From positions 2,144,001-2,208,000 of the forward strand of contig CBDFLE010000006.1 of assembly GCA_965248925.1 (NCBI GenBank): a DNA stretch of 64,000 bases, written 5' to 3'. Source of the stretch: Candidatus Multivoradales bacterium (GTDB taxonomy: Bacteria > Acidobacteriota > Thermoanaerobaculia > Multivoradales > J023). Shown here piece by piece: positions 18,164 to 28,635 of the stretch; positions within the stretch are counted from its first letter, which is position 1, and every line of letters starts with the position of its first letter. The notes under the pieces are model-generated. The model was not told the DNA's origin, ran no database searches, and saw nothing but the letters and a program-made list of their open reading frames with translations. The position numbers and the translations under genes are program-made.

Positions 18164-19387
18164 ATGGCCCTCAATGTGCTGATGTTCTCCCCCGGCTTTC
18201 CGGCCGAGATGCCTCATTTCACCCGCGGGCTGGCGCAGGTCGGGGCTACCGTGCTCGGCCTGGGCGACCATCCGCCGGGGGTCTTGCCCCAGACCGCCAG
18301 GCAGGCACTCGACGACTACTTGCAGGTGTCGAACTTATTCGACGAGCAAGCGGTGATCCGCCAAGTCCAGCAGTGGGCGGGAAGGCGGCCGATCGACCGG
18401 GTGGAGTGCCTGTGGGAACCGGGAATGGTGCTGGCCGCCAAGCTGCGCGAAGCCCTTGGCCTGCCAGGAATGACTGTCGAACAGACCCTGCCCTTTCGCG
18501 ACAAGGAGCTGATGAAGCAGGTGCTCGACCGCGCCGGGGTACGTACTCCGCGCCATTTCCGCGCCACCAGCGTCGGCGAGATCCGCGAGGCAGTGAAAAA
18601 AGTCGGCTATCCGCTGATCTTGAAACCAATTGCCGGCGCCGGCTCTGCCGACACCTATCGAGTGGACGACCCGGACCGGCTCGAGGAAGTGCTGCCGCGG
18701 CTCGGCCATGTAGCGGAACTCAGCGTCGAAGAATTCATCGCCGGTGAGGAGTTCACTTTCGACACCCTCGCCGCCGCCGGTGAGATTCTCTACGAAAACA
18801 TCGCCTGGTATCGGCCCAACCCGCTGGTCGCCCGCAGCGAGCAGTGGATCAGCCCGCAGACGATAAGTCTGCGCGACCTCGATGCCCCACGCCTGGCACC
18901 GGGGCGCAAACTCGGCCGACAGGTCAGCAAAGCCCTCGGCTTCAAGACCGGCTTCTCACATATGGAGTGGTTCTTGACGGCCGATGGCAAAGCGGTGTTC
19001 GGCGAGATCGGCGCCCGTCCCCCCGGTGCCCGCTCGGTCGACATCATGAACTATGCCTCGGATATCGATGTCTACGCCGGCTGGGCCGAGGCGGTCTGCC
19101 ATGGCCGCTTCTCACAGCGGGTCGAGCGCAAATACAACGCGGCGGTGATCTTCAAGCGAGCCCAGGGCGAGGGCCGCATCCGCCACATCGCCGGCCTGGC
19201 GCGGCTACGACGGGATTTCGGCCAACACATCGCCGCTATCGACCTACTGCCAATCGGCGCCCCGCGACGCAATTGGAAGCAAACACTGGTCTCGGACGGC
19301 TTTCTGGTAGTGCGTCACCACGACCTGCAACAAACCCTTGAGATGGCCGATCGGGTGGGTACGGACCTGCAACTCTACGCCAGCTGA
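18164..19387 (+). CDS. ATP-grasp domain protein (paralogue 2)
   Basis: FRDKELMK, ILKPIAGAGS, EEFIAG, HMEWF, EIGARPPG; same length (407 aa) as its neighbour. Confidence 0.88.
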   Translation: MALNVLMFSPGFPAEMPHFTRGLAQVGATVLGLGDHPPGVLPQTARQALDDYLQVSNLFDEQAVIRQVQQWAGRRPIDRVECLWEPGMVLAAKLREALGLPGMTVEQTLPFRDKELMKQVLDRAGVRTPRHFRATSVGEIREAVKKVGYPLILKPIAGAGSADTYRVDDPDRLEEVLPRLGHVAELSVEEFIAGEEFTFDTLAAAGEILYENIAWYRPNPLVARSEQWISPQTISLRDLDAPRLAPGRKLGRQVSKALGFKTGFSHMEWFLTADGKAVFGEIGARPPGARSVDIMNYASDIDVYAGWAEAVCHGRFSQRVERKYNAAVIFKRAQGEGRIRHIAGLARLRRDFGQHIAAIDLLPIGAPRRNWKQTLVSDGFLVVRHHDLQQTLEMADRVGTDLQLYAS

Positions 19388-19569
19388 AGCGCCGGGATAG
19401 AGAGATTGCCGCCCGCCGTTCGCCCGCCGCCGGAGGGCAATGCGGACGCACAGCAACTCCTATGTGGGTGAGTGGCCACGATTGAGCAATCGACCCACTT
19501 ACCCAAAAATCAAGGTGCTCAGCTGGACTCCCCACCGGGCCCGAGCTGGATCACTTGGAGAATCCTATC

Positions 19570-19612
19570 GCCAGGCCGAGAAATACCCCTTCCGCGGCCT
19601 GGCTCTTTTTTT
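19570..19612 (+). terminator. Possible intrinsic terminator
   Basis: GCCAGGCCG/CGGCCTGGC stem followed by a T-run between convergent genes; the loop is long. Confidence 0.4.
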
Positions 19613-19624
19613 CCGACGGCCTTC

Positions 19625-20137
19625 TCAAGCGGGAACAGCGCTGCGATGAGGGGGCGCCTTGGCGGCTGGACGGCCCGCCTTGGGACCCGCCGTCGACCCA
19701 TCGGGATGCATATCGATGCTGCCGCGAAAGTTGGCGCCATTCTCCAGACTCACTCGCGGCGCCGTGGCATTGCCCTCGACCTTGCCAGTCTTGCGAATCA
19801 CCACTTCTTCTTCGCCGTGTAGATTGCCATGGACCTCACCCTCGACACAGATCTTGCGACCATGGATATCGGCCTTTACCCAACCTCCAGAACCCACGGT
19901 GACACTCTGGTGGGCCAGGGAAATTGCGCCCTCGACGCGGCCTTCGACCAACAGATCCTCTTCGCCGCTGATGTCGCCCTTGATCGAGATCGACGGGCCG
20001 ATGGTGGCGAGCCGCGAGGCCGAGGCGGACGGAGTCTTGGTCTGCCCCTTTACCACCTCACTTGAGGTCGGCGCGGGAGCCACCACCAGCTCAGCACGCG
20101 CCGTGGACGGTGGATCGTTCTTCTTCCAAACAGCCAT
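19625..20137 (-). CDS. Bactofilin (polymer-forming cytoskeletal protein)
   Basis: TIGPSISIKGDISGEEDLLVEGRVEG...LENGANFRGSIDM; GAGGAGG RBS. Confidence 0.92.
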   Translation of the reverse strand: MAVWKKNDPPSTARAELVVAPAPTSSEVVKGQTKTPSASASRLATIGPSISIKGDISGEEDLLVEGRVEGAISLAHQSVTVGSGGWVKADIHGRKICVEGEVHGNLHGEEEVVIRKTGKVEGNATAPRVSLENGANFRGSIDMHPDGSTAGPKAGRPAAKAPPHRSAVPA

Positions 20138-20254
20138 GAATTCCTCCTCGATCAAACACTGGTTCGGACGACCCGACAACAACCCCCAAATCGGAACATG
20201 AGGATATTTGAATTAGAGGATAAAAAACAAGCCTGTAGCTCACCGCGAGCGAGA

Positions 20255-21688
20255 TTACCGATTGAGTCCCCGCCCCTCCCGCCGCGGCGCTTCCAGCAGC
20301 AGATAGAGCACATTGTCCGAGAACACCGAATCGCGGGTTAGACCAAGATGACTGGAGGGCAGGAAAAGGACATTGCGCCAAGTCACCGGCGAACGCAGAG
20401 TCGGCTGCCAATCATCGGCCGTGCGGCCATCGGCCAAGGCCGAGGAGCGCAACACGCGACCATCGCCGGGACCTTGGCGAAAGACCTCGAGAGCGCCGTT
20501 CTGCATCTCAATGGCCAGCACCGCGTCGGTGGACCTTGCGTCGCCGACTATCAAATAGAGTTCGGTGCCGGCCGGCGCAACCGCCGGACGATCGAGCGCA
20601 CCGTGGAACAGGCGCGCCAAAGCGAGTTGGCGGCTCAGATACTGGTAGGCGATCTGCCGCCGCTCAGCGACGGACTTGGAAGGTAGCAGGAGAGCCAACA
20701 TGGTATCGGCATCGGCCGAGGCCAAACCCCAACCTAGGCGTTGCCAAAGCTGCGGATCGTAGAGGTCGGGCAAGAGAGTGTCCGGTCGAGCGCGCTCCAC
20801 AAATGCCCCGTGGCGAGGCCGCTGCAACAGCTGATATGCCGCGGGAAAAGTACCGATCAACACCGGATCGTAGCGCGCCAAAGTGGGCGCGTGCCGCACC
20901 CCTTCGACCAACTGCACCAAGGCTTCGGCCGCGCCGGCGTTGGGAGTGCCGATCAACACCGCGCGCTCAACCAACGCGGCCCCCTGCCAGGTGAGTTCGG
21001 GCAGCGGCCCCTCGGGGCTCAAGACCTGATCGCCATAGCGCAGGTAATAGCGCGCCAGCAGCCCACCCATCGAATGAGCAACCAGATCGAAGCGAACTTC
21101 ACGGTCGATTCCTTTCTGGCGCCACTCAGCCTCGACATAGGCTTTCTTATCGAGAAGAAAATGATGCAAGCGAGCAGCGTTCTGGGAGTTATCGAGGCGC
21201 CAGTCGTAGTCAAACTGAAAACAGGTGTAGTGCTCGCCGCCGTAGTCGATAGCGCCAGCGACCCCAAGATTCTGATCGCGGTAGCCGCCAGCCCCGAGGG
21301 TGGCTAGGATATTGAAATAAGCCTTGAGTTCGACCGGCAAACCGAGCAATCGAACGCGGACGGTATCGAGCACCCCTGCCGGCACCACCCCGCTAGTCTG
21401 CTCCGGATCCAGCGGTAAGGCCACCAGACGAGCGCCATCAGGCTTCGCCGGGTTGGCATAGCCACCACCGAAAGCGCCCCAAACAACCCTGCCGGTTCCT
21501 AGCTCCTCCAGACGGCTACCCATCAAGCCGGGAATCACCACGATCGGATTGCGCTCGGTGTGAAGGTCGGCTGCTGCGCGGTCGTAGATCTGCCCCAAGT
21601 CCGGCGGCTGAATCCGCAGCGAGCAGCCCAGCCCAAAGGCACAAACCAGGGCCCAGAGCGCCAGATAGCTATTGCGTCGCGTAACCAT
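20255..21688 (-). CDS. Alpha/beta-hydrolase lipoprotein (LCAT/lipase-like), paralogue 1
   Basis: Lipobox-like LGC; VIPGLMGS, YDWR, AHSMGG, GDGRV. Confidence 0.82.
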   Translation of the reverse strand: MVTRRNSYLALWALVCAFGLGCSLRIQPPDLGQIYDRAAADLHTERNPIVVIPGLMGSRLEELGTGRVVWGAFGGGYANPAKPDGARLVALPLDPEQTSGVVPAGVLDTVRVRLLGLPVELKAYFNILATLGAGGYRDQNLGVAGAIDYGGEHYTCFQFDYDWRLDNSQNAARLHHFLLDKKAYVEAEWRQKGIDREVRFDLVAHSMGGLLARYYLRYGDQVLSPEGPLPELTWQGAALVERAVLIGTPNAGAAEALVQLVEGVRHAPTLARYDPVLIGTFPAAYQLLQRPRHGAFVERARPDTLLPDLYDPQLWQRLGWGLASADADTMLALLLPSKSVAERRQIAYQYLSRQLALARLFHGALDRPAVAPAGTELYLIVGDARSTDAVLAIEMQNGALEVFRQGPGDGRVLRSSALADGRTADDWQPTLRSPVTWRNVLFLPSSHLGLTRDSVFSDNVLYLLLEAPRREGRGLNR

Positions 21689-21693
21689 GCGGC

Positions 21694-23130
21694 TCAGTGG
21701 ACTGGGAGACGAGGATCTTCGAGCAGCAAATAGAGCACGTTCTGGGTGAACGCCGGTTCGGTGGTCATCGCGAAGTGTCGTGAAAGCATGAAGCGGACCT
21801 CGCGCCAGGCGATCGGCGAGATCAGGCGCGGGTATTTGGCGCCGCCGATCCGCTCATCCATCAGCGCGCTGGAGCGCAACACACTGCCATCACCAGAACC
21901 ACGCTTTAGAGTGCGTAGGGCGCCACTTGACAGGTCAACCCCCAACAGGCTCGAGGTGGGCTCACCCGCGCCCACGATCAAGACCAAATCGGTTCCGGTC
22001 GGTGGCTTGGCCGGCCGGTCAATAGATTCTTGGAATTGGCGCGCCAAGCGTAGATTGAGGCGCAGCCTCTCGATGGCGTGGGCGCGCCGGGTCGGTTCGA
22101 GTTCGAGATCCGGTGCCAGCCAGGAAATCTGCTCAAGAACATCCGGCGATGCCAATCCCCAACCCAGACGAATCCACAGATCCACATCCAACAAGTCGCC
22201 AACTGGCTGACTTGGATCCTCAGCATCGACCAGCGGCCGGTGACGGGCGCGCGGCAACATCTGGTAGGAGGCCGGATAGGTGCCCACCAGCCCTGGCGGA
22301 TAATGCGGTGTGCCCGGAGCGAACTTGACCCCGTGGACCAAATTGAGCAACGCCTTGGCGCTGCCAGCGTTGGGCGGCGCCACCAGGATGGCACGCTCGA
22401 CGTTCTCCGCCCCAGCCCAGTTGAGTTCCGGCAATGAGCCGTCTTCAGGCAGCGGTTGTGGGCCATGGCGCAGGTAGTAGCGCAGCAAAAGTCCGCCCAT
22501 CGAATGGGCGATGACATCGAACCTCGCTTGGTAGTAGTCGATGCCGTAGTACCGCGCCACCTCGCGCTCCAAGTAGGCTCGTTTCTCGAGGATGAACTGG
22601 TGCAGGCGGGCGGCGTTGGCGGCGTTGTCTTGGCGCCAGTCATAGGCGAATTGGAAGCAGTTGTAAGGCTCGTCGCCATAGTCGATCACCCCGGCGCGAC
22701 CGATCTCCTCGTCGCGGTAGCCAGCCTCGGTAAGCGACGCCATGATGCGCCCGTAGACTTGCACATCGAGGGGCCAGCCGAGCAGCCGCACCTCGAGCTC
22801 GGTCAACACACCGGTGGGCTCGACCCGTGGCCAAGGCTCCTCGGGACGCAGCGGCAAGGCGATCAAGCGGGCTTCCTGTGGATCCTTAGGGTCAGCCGTG
22901 TGGCGGCCAAACGAGCCCCACACCACTCGGCCGCTCTCAGCATCCTCCAGCCGGGAGCCAAGGAAGCCCGGAATGACGATCACCGGATTGCGATCAGGCG
23001 CCGGGAATGGTGCTGCTGGCTGGTAGAGCTTGGCCAGGTCAGGGCTCTTGAGAGCCTCGACACAAGCGCCTTGGACCAGCGCTACCAACGCCAGGACGGC
23101 CAACGGTCCTAGCCATAGCAAATGTCGCAT
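21694..23130 (-). CDS. Alpha/beta-hydrolase lipoprotein (LCAT/lipase-like), paralogue 2
   Basis: Signal peptide with GAC; VIPGFLGS, YDWR, AHSMGG, GDGSV. Confidence 0.82.
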   Translation of the reverse strand: MRHLLWLGPLAVLALVALVQGACVEALKSPDLAKLYQPAAPFPAPDRNPVIVIPGFLGSRLEDAESGRVVWGSFGRHTADPKDPQEARLIALPLRPEEPWPRVEPTGVLTELEVRLLGWPLDVQVYGRIMASLTEAGYRDEEIGRAGVIDYGDEPYNCFQFAYDWRQDNAANAARLHQFILEKRAYLEREVARYYGIDYYQARFDVIAHSMGGLLLRYYLRHGPQPLPEDGSLPELNWAGAENVERAILVAPPNAGSAKALLNLVHGVKFAPGTPHYPPGLVGTYPASYQMLPRARHRPLVDAEDPSQPVGDLLDVDLWIRLGWGLASPDVLEQISWLAPDLELEPTRRAHAIERLRLNLRLARQFQESIDRPAKPPTGTDLVLIVGAGEPTSSLLGVDLSSGALRTLKRGSGDGSVLRSSALMDERIGGAKYPRLISPIAWREVRFMLSRHFAMTTEPAFTQNVLYLLLEDPRLPVH

Positions 23131-23134
23131 CACT

Positions 23135-24034
23135 TTAGGATCCGTACGCCGCCCAATTTTGGATGCGACCCCGAATGCGACCAAAGCCAAGTTCTGCAAA
23201 GAGCGGATCGACCCGCTTGGCTTGCGCTCCCAAGTAGCGCAACTGCGTCAGGCTCGCCGTTGCCGGAGCGTCGCGAGCGATAGTCGCCAGCTGCTTTGAC
23301 AACACGGCAATCTCGCGCTGCGCGGCGAGCTTCTTGGCCAACGATTTGGCGCCGCGAATCGGCAACTCGGCAACTTCGTCGAGCCGTTCGTAGATCGCCT
23401 CAAGGGTCGGCATCTGGGCGAGCAGCGCAGCGGCCGTCTTGGCACCCACCCCGGCGACCCCGGGAATGTTGTCGACCGCGTCGCCCGCTAGGCCCAAATA
23501 GTCGGGGATCTGCTCCGGGCGGACCCCAAACTTGGCTTCGATCTCGGCCACGCCGTAGCGCTGCTGCTTGGCGAAGTCGAGCATCTCCACCCGCTCGCCC
23601 ACCAGCTGGCCGAGGTCCTTGTCCGAGGAAACCACTACGATGCGATGGCCGGCGGCGAGCAGCGGGTCGCTTAGGGTACCGATCAGATCATCGGCCTCAT
23701 AGCGCGGATCGACAAAGTTGCAGGCACCCAGTGCTGCGCTGATCTGCTGACACCACTGCAACTGCGCTACCAGCTCTGGCGGCGGCGGGTCACGCTGCGC
23801 TTTGTAGGGCGGATAGATCTCGTTGCGGAAGCTGGTGTCGAGACTCTCGTCAAAGGCCAGGGCGAGGTGACTGACTTGTTCCTCGGCGATCAGCCGTAGC
23901 AAGAAGCCGGCAAAGCCATAGGCCGCGTTGACCTGTGCGCCATCCGGCGTGGTCATCGAACTCGGCAGCGCGAAATAAGCGCGAAAGATGTACGGACTGG
24001 CATCCACCAGATGAATGGTGTGCGACGTGGGCAT
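23135..24034 (-). CDS. Stand-alone 5'-3' exonuclease/flap endonuclease (PolA N-terminal-like)
   Basis: LVDASPYIFRAY, YKAQR, EADDLIG, SSDKD, GDAVDNIPGV.GVG.KTA. Confidence 0.92.
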   Translation of the reverse strand: MPTSHTIHLVDASPYIFRAYFALPSSMTTPDGAQVNAAYGFAGFLLRLIAEEQVSHLALAFDESLDTSFRNEIYPPYKAQRDPPPPELVAQLQWCQQISAALGACNFVDPRYEADDLIGTLSDPLLAAGHRIVVVSSDKDLGQLVGERVEMLDFAKQQRYGVAEIEAKFGVRPEQIPDYLGLAGDAVDNIPGVAGVGAKTAAALLAQMPTLEAIYERLDEVAELPIRGAKSLAKKLAAQREIAVLSKQLATIARDAPATASLTQLRYLGAQAKRVDPLFAELGFGRIRGRIQNWAAYGS

Positions 24035-24168
24035 GGCAAGCCTTCCTCGAAACAGATTCAGCCCCGGCAGCAGGGACACGGCATCCTAGCAGCCCATCTC
24101 CAGCTTACCGAGCAAGTGAAAACCAGGCAGCTCGCGGCGAGGATCCGCCAGAGGGTAGGATGTGGGGG

Positions 24169-24576
24169 ATGCAAGAGCAGTGGAAGCAAAAGGCCGTGGC
24201 GCTGGTCAACCAGCGGGTACCCAACTGGGTCGCGCTCTACCTGTTCGGCTCGCAGGTCGACCGCGCAACTCACGGCGGCAGCGATCTTGATCTAGCCCTC
24301 CTGGCCTCCACACCACAGGACCCCCAAGCACGGTGGGATCTAGAGCAAGACTTGAGCCGCATTCTCGGTCAATCGGTCGACTTGATCGATTTGCTACGAG
24401 CGTCGACCGTCTTCCGCCAGCAAGTGATCAGTAGCGGCACGATCCTCGCCGAGAACCAACCCAGCGAACGCGAACAGTTCGAGGTCTGGGTACACTCCGC
24501 CTACACTCGCCTCAACGAAGAGCGGCGGGAGATCCTGGCCGATATCGAGCAGCGAGGCAGCGTCTATGGCCGCTAA
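24169..24576 (+). CDS. MNT antitoxin (MntA-like nucleotidyltransferase)
   Basis: YLFGSQ...SDLDLA, VDLIDL. Confidence 0.88.
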   Translation: MQEQWKQKAVALVNQRVPNWVALYLFGSQVDRATHGGSDLDLALLASTPQDPQARWDLEQDLSRILGQSVDLIDLLRASTVFRQQVISSGTILAENQPSEREQFEVWVHSAYTRLNEERREILADIEQRGSVYGR

Positions 24577-25006
24577 CCCACCGATCAACGATGTGTTGAT
24601 CAACAAGGCGGCCATCATCGAACGCTGCGTCGCTCGGGTGCGAGAGGTCTACGCCGGGGAACCGCGCAATTTGGTAAGAGACATCACCCGCCAAGACTCG
24701 ATCCTGCTCAACTTGCAACGCACCTGCGAAGCGGCCATCGACCTGGCCATGCTCCTGGTGCGCAAGCACAAGCTCGGTCCGCCGCAGGAAAGCCGGGACG
24801 CCTTCATCTTCCTCGCCGAGGCTGACATTCTCGACCGGGTGCTCGCCGAGCGAATGATGAGAATGGTCGGCTTCCGCAACATCGCAGTACACAACTACCG
24901 CCATCTTGACCTGCGGATCGTGCAGAGCATCATCACTGACCACCTGGAGCACTTCCTCGCCTTCTCGAGCTGGGCGCTGACCCATGGTCAGAGTGCCGAG
25001 GATTGA
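24566..25006 (+). CDS. HEPN/DUF86 toxin (HepT-like)
   Basis: GFRNIAVHNY (RX4HXY); overlaps the MNT gene. Confidence 0.9.
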   Translation: MAANPPINDVLINKAAIIERCVARVREVYAGEPRNLVRDITRQDSILLNLQRTCEAAIDLAMLLVRKHKLGPPQESRDAFIFLAEADILDRVLAERMMRMVGFRNIAVHNYRHLDLRIVQSIITDHLEHFLAFSSWALTHGQSAED

Positions 25007-27900
25007 GGGCTCGGCGTCTTGCGGCCGACGTTCTGACCCAGCCAAGGAAGGTAGCGAGCGACTCGCCGGGTTGCGGGATGATCGGGACCACGAGCAGCTT
25101 TGAGCTGGGCGTGGGACTCTCGTAACAGCAACTCCCCCGCGGCCTCTCGCTCTAACCGCAACCGCGCCACGGCCAACGCGGCACGGGCTTCGGCAGCGCG
25201 CCAGTGCTCCCTGGGCAACGCCTCGTCGGCCACCTCTACCGCCTGGCTCAAGACGTCATCGGCTTCTGACAAGCGCTCCCGGGCGATCCATGTCCAGCCC
25301 AACCCGACAAGAGACTGCACCAGGCTGGGGTGCTTGGCGGGCAAGGTGTCGCGCTGCATTTGGAGAGCTTCCTGAAAGCTCTTCGCCGCTTCCTCAGTGC
25401 GACCAAGTGCAAGCTGGATGGACCCTTGGTCGGCCAGCATGGTGGGAAGGTTCTCCCGTCGCTGAAGACCCCGCCCAAGGGGCAGCGCCTGCTCGATCAG
25501 CGAGTTCGCCTGCGGGTCCAGCCCCTGCAAATGTAGCGCGACAGCGTGATGCCAGAGGTTGAACACATACAGCTCGTGTTCCTTGCCAACGGTCTCCGCG
25601 AATCGCCGTTCGGCGCTGGCGAAGAGAGGCATCGCCTCGGCGAAGCGACCGGTCCCGGCGAGGTCCAGCGCCAGGCTGTCGAGGGTCGAAGCGTAGTAAG
25701 GACTGGTCTCGCCCATACCTTCTAGCACCAGGGGCAAGACCTCCCGGTGCAGCTCTGCGGCTTCCTCGAAACGACCGAGAGCATGCAAGAAAACAGCGAA
25801 GTTGTGAAGGTTGGGTGCCAGGTTCGGATGACGGTCGCCCTGTAGGCGACGCTTCATCGCGATACCTTCTCGATAGAGCGGCTCTGCCCGCCGCCAATCG
25901 CCCTGGCGGAACAAGACCACCGCCAGGTTGCCCGTCGCCGTCGCGACCAGCGGATATTCGCCACCATGCACCGCTTTCCAGATCGCCAGGGCCTCGGCCA
26001 GGGCGCTTTCGGCGCCCTCGTAGTCCCCGACCCGTTTGAGAATATTGCCCAAGTTGTTGAGATTGAAAGCCACCTCATTGGAGCCATTGCCGAAAAGCTG
26101 CCGCGCCTCCTCGAGCGCTCGTTGTTGAAAAAGAATCGCCCGCTCGAGATCACCCTGGCTCTTATGGGCGAAAGCGAGCTGACCCAACGCATGAAAGACC
26201 AACGATCGATCTCCACCCTCGAATCGGTCATATCTCGCGACCGCCTCATCCAGGGTCTTTACCGCCTCTGCCCAGGCACCCTTGGCGTTGTGTTGCAGAC
26301 CGAGGTAAGCCAGAACATCGGCTACGGCGCGGTCTTGCTCGCCGCGAAGAGTCTTCGTCAGCTGGAGAGCCTGGTCTAGAAGCAACAGCGCGTCGTCGTA
26401 CTCACCCAGAACGCCAGACACCCGACCCAGGGCTCGAAGCATCTCCAAACGCACCTCGGGCTGATCCGTGAGATCGGCGTTCAACTGTTCGATTCCGCGG
26501 GCGACCAACTGCTTGGCGGTGATTTCCTTGCCGCGCGACTGCGCCGGGTCGGCGGCGTCGAAAAGAGCGACCAGATACTCCTGGGTTGCCCTGAGTTTGT
26601 CGGATTCGAGCCGCGCGCGATCGCGCTCCCGAGCAGCCTCTGTCGCCTGCCAAGCAGTGCCGACCAGACCCAAGACCAGGGCCAGGAAGACAGCCGCCGC
26701 AGCAGCCACGCCAAAGCGATGACGGCCCGCGAACTTACCGACCCGATACAGCCAGCCCGCTCGGCGAACTCGCACCGGCAGACCTTGGCGGAAACGATGA
26801 ATCTCCTCAAGCAACGCTTCCACCGAGGGATAGCGGTCGCCGGTGTCTTTGGCCAAGGCCGTGAGCACGACGAGATCCAGATCTCCGCGAATCCTTCTTG
26901 CCAACCGCTCCTGTGCTCTTTCGCCTTGGGTAGAGGTCTCGTCACTCAGAAGGGCCACCGAGGGTGCGGGTGGCGTGGTTTCGCAGACCGCCCGGCGGAT
27001 CTCCTCCGCAGTCGTCAACGGCATCGGATATGGCGACCGTCCAGCCAACAGCTCATAGAGCAGAATCCCCAGGGAGTAGACGTCGGACGCAACCGTGACG
27101 GCCGCACCGCGAATCTGCTCCGGAGAGGCGTAATCGGGCGTCAACACCAGCGCGCCAACGACAGTTAGGGCGGCCGAGCCCGCAGCGGCGGCGTCGAGCA
27201 CCTTGGCGATCCCAAAGTCGACCAGCTTGACGACTCCGTCGGCAGTCACCAAGACGTTCGAGGGCTTGAGATCCCGGTGGACGACCAACCGCCCATGGGC
27301 GTACTGCACCGCCTGGCAGACAGCGACAAAGAGGTCGAGCCGGCGCCGCAGCCCGAACTCATGGCGGCGGCAGAAACGAGTGATCGGCTCGCCCTCGATG
27401 TACTCCATGGCAAAGTACGGCTGCCCCTCGACGGCCAGACCACCCTCGAGAAGCCGCGCGATACCGGGGTGTTCGAGGCGGGCGAGGATCTGGCGCTCTT
27501 GAAGAAACCGCGCCAGGATGGCTTCAGAGTCCATCCCTCGCTGGATCAGCTTCAGAGCCACCCGCTGCTCGAAGCCTCCCTCGGTGCGTTCCCCCAGATA
27601 GACCACGCCCATGCCACCGCGACCCAACTCGCGAACGACGTTGTACGGACCGATCTGCCGCGGCTGCGACAGCAGCGTTTCGATCAACCTGGCGCTTTTC
27701 TGGGTGTCGAGTTCGGCATCGAGCATGCCGTCGCCTCTATGGGCAGCGAGTAGGGACCTCACTTGAGCAACGACCTCCGGCTCGTCCAAGGCAACCGCTT
27801 GCAGCAATGCGGCGCGAGCTTGCGGAGCGGCTGCGAGCACCTGGCCGAAGAGTTCACCGATGCGCCGGTGATTGACTCCCGACTCGCCCGGACCCCTCAT
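24988..27900 (-). CDS. Ser/Thr protein kinase with TM helix and TPR repeats
   Basis: LGRGGMGVV, VALK, HRDLKPSN, DFG, YASPE; TPR-rich C-terminus. Confidence 0.93.
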   Translation of the reverse strand: MRGPGESGVNHRRIGELFGQVLAAAPQARAALLQAVALDEPEVVAQVRSLLAAHRGDGMLDAELDTQKSARLIETLLSQPRQIGPYNVVRELGRGGMGVVYLGERTEGGFEQRVALKLIQRGMDSEAILARFLQERQILARLEHPGIARLLEGGLAVEGQPYFAMEYIEGEPITRFCRRHEFGLRRRLDLFVAVCQAVQYAHGRLVVHRDLKPSNVLVTADGVVKLVDFGIAKVLDAAAAGSAALTVVGALVLTPDYASPEQIRGAAVTVASDVYSLGILLYELLAGRSPYPMPLTTAEEIRRAVCETTPPAPSVALLSDETSTQGERAQERLARRIRGDLDLVVLTALAKDTGDRYPSVEALLEEIHRFRQGLPVRVRRAGWLYRVGKFAGRHRFGVAAAAAVFLALVLGLVGTAWQATEAARERDRARLESDKLRATQEYLVALFDAADPAQSRGKEITAKQLVARGIEQLNADLTDQPEVRLEMLRALGRVSGVLGEYDDALLLLDQALQLTKTLRGEQDRAVADVLAYLGLQHNAKGAWAEAVKTLDEAVARYDRFEGGDRSLVFHALGQLAFAHKSQGDLERAILFQQRALEEARQLFGNGSNEVAFNLNNLGNILKRVGDYEGAESALAEALAIWKAVHGGEYPLVATATGNLAVVLFRQGDWRRAEPLYREGIAMKRRLQGDRHPNLAPNLHNFAVFLHALGRFEEAAELHREVLPLVLEGMGETSPYYASTLDSLALDLAGTGRFAEAMPLFASAERRFAETVGKEHELYVFNLWHHAVALHLQGLDPQANSLIEQALPLGRGLQRRENLPTMLADQGSIQLALGRTEEAAKSFQEALQMQRDTLPAKHPSLVQSLVGLGWTWIARERLSEADDVLSQAVEVADEALPREHWRAAEARAALAVARLRLEREAAGELLLRESHAQLKAARGPDHPATRRVARYLPWLGQNVGRKTPSPQSSAL

Positions 27901-28499
27901 GAAGGTGATCGCTCATCCTCGCCCGAGGCCAGCTCGCGATGTAGCCAAGCCCGAGCCAACGCCCAGTCTCGATCGACCGTGCGTGGCGCAACTTCTAGCA
28001 GCTCCGCCGTTTGGTCGACGTCGAGCCCGCCGAAAAACCGACACTCCACCACCCGAGCCGGCCGCGGATGGTGCCGCTCGAGGCGGCCGAGCGCGGCGTC
28101 GAGATCGAGGATCTCGGCGGCAAATCCACCGCTACCGAGCAAACCCTCATTGAGAGTCAGCGGACGGTTGCCACTGCCGCGCTTTTGGCTATTTCGGCGC
28201 CTGGCGGCCTCGACCAGCACTTGCCGCATCGCGCGGGCGGCGGCGGCAAAGAAATAGCCGCGGCCGCGGCGAGCGACACTGGTAGCATCGACCAGCTTGA
28301 GGTAGGCCTCATGCACCAGGCCCGTCGTGTCGAGGGTGGCGTTGTTGCCTTCGCGCGCCAACTGGGCATGAGCCATGCGGCGCAGCTCGCGATAAACCAG
28401 CGGCACCAGGCGGTCGAGTTTCTCTTGCCGGCCACCCAGCTTCTCAGAGGTCGTTACCAGCAACTCGGTGACGCTGTCGCGATTCGGGTCGCGACTCAT
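27897..28499 (-). CDS. ECF sigma factor (kinase-associated, TIGR02999-like)
   Basis: LVPLVYRELRRMA, TLDTTGLVHEAYLKL, RDWALARAWL; coupled to the kinase gene. Confidence 0.9.
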   Translation of the reverse strand: MSRDPNRDSVTELLVTTSEKLGGRQEKLDRLVPLVYRELRRMAHAQLAREGNNATLDTTGLVHEAYLKLVDATSVARRGRGYFFAAAARAMRQVLVEAARRRNSQKRGSGNRPLTLNEGLLGSGGFAAEILDLDAALGRLERHHPRPARVVECRFFGGLDVDQTAELLEVAPRTVDRDWALARAWLHRELASGEDERSPS

Positions 28500-28635
28500 C
28501 GTTCTGTGGAGTCCATGTTTGATCCCAGATTACCGCGATGGCGCCCGAAAAGCACCTTCTGCGCAGGATAAGGGTGGTGGATCACACGCGTGTCGCGGAC
28601 GGGCAATCAATCGGAAATCGGAAAAGGACTCAAAC

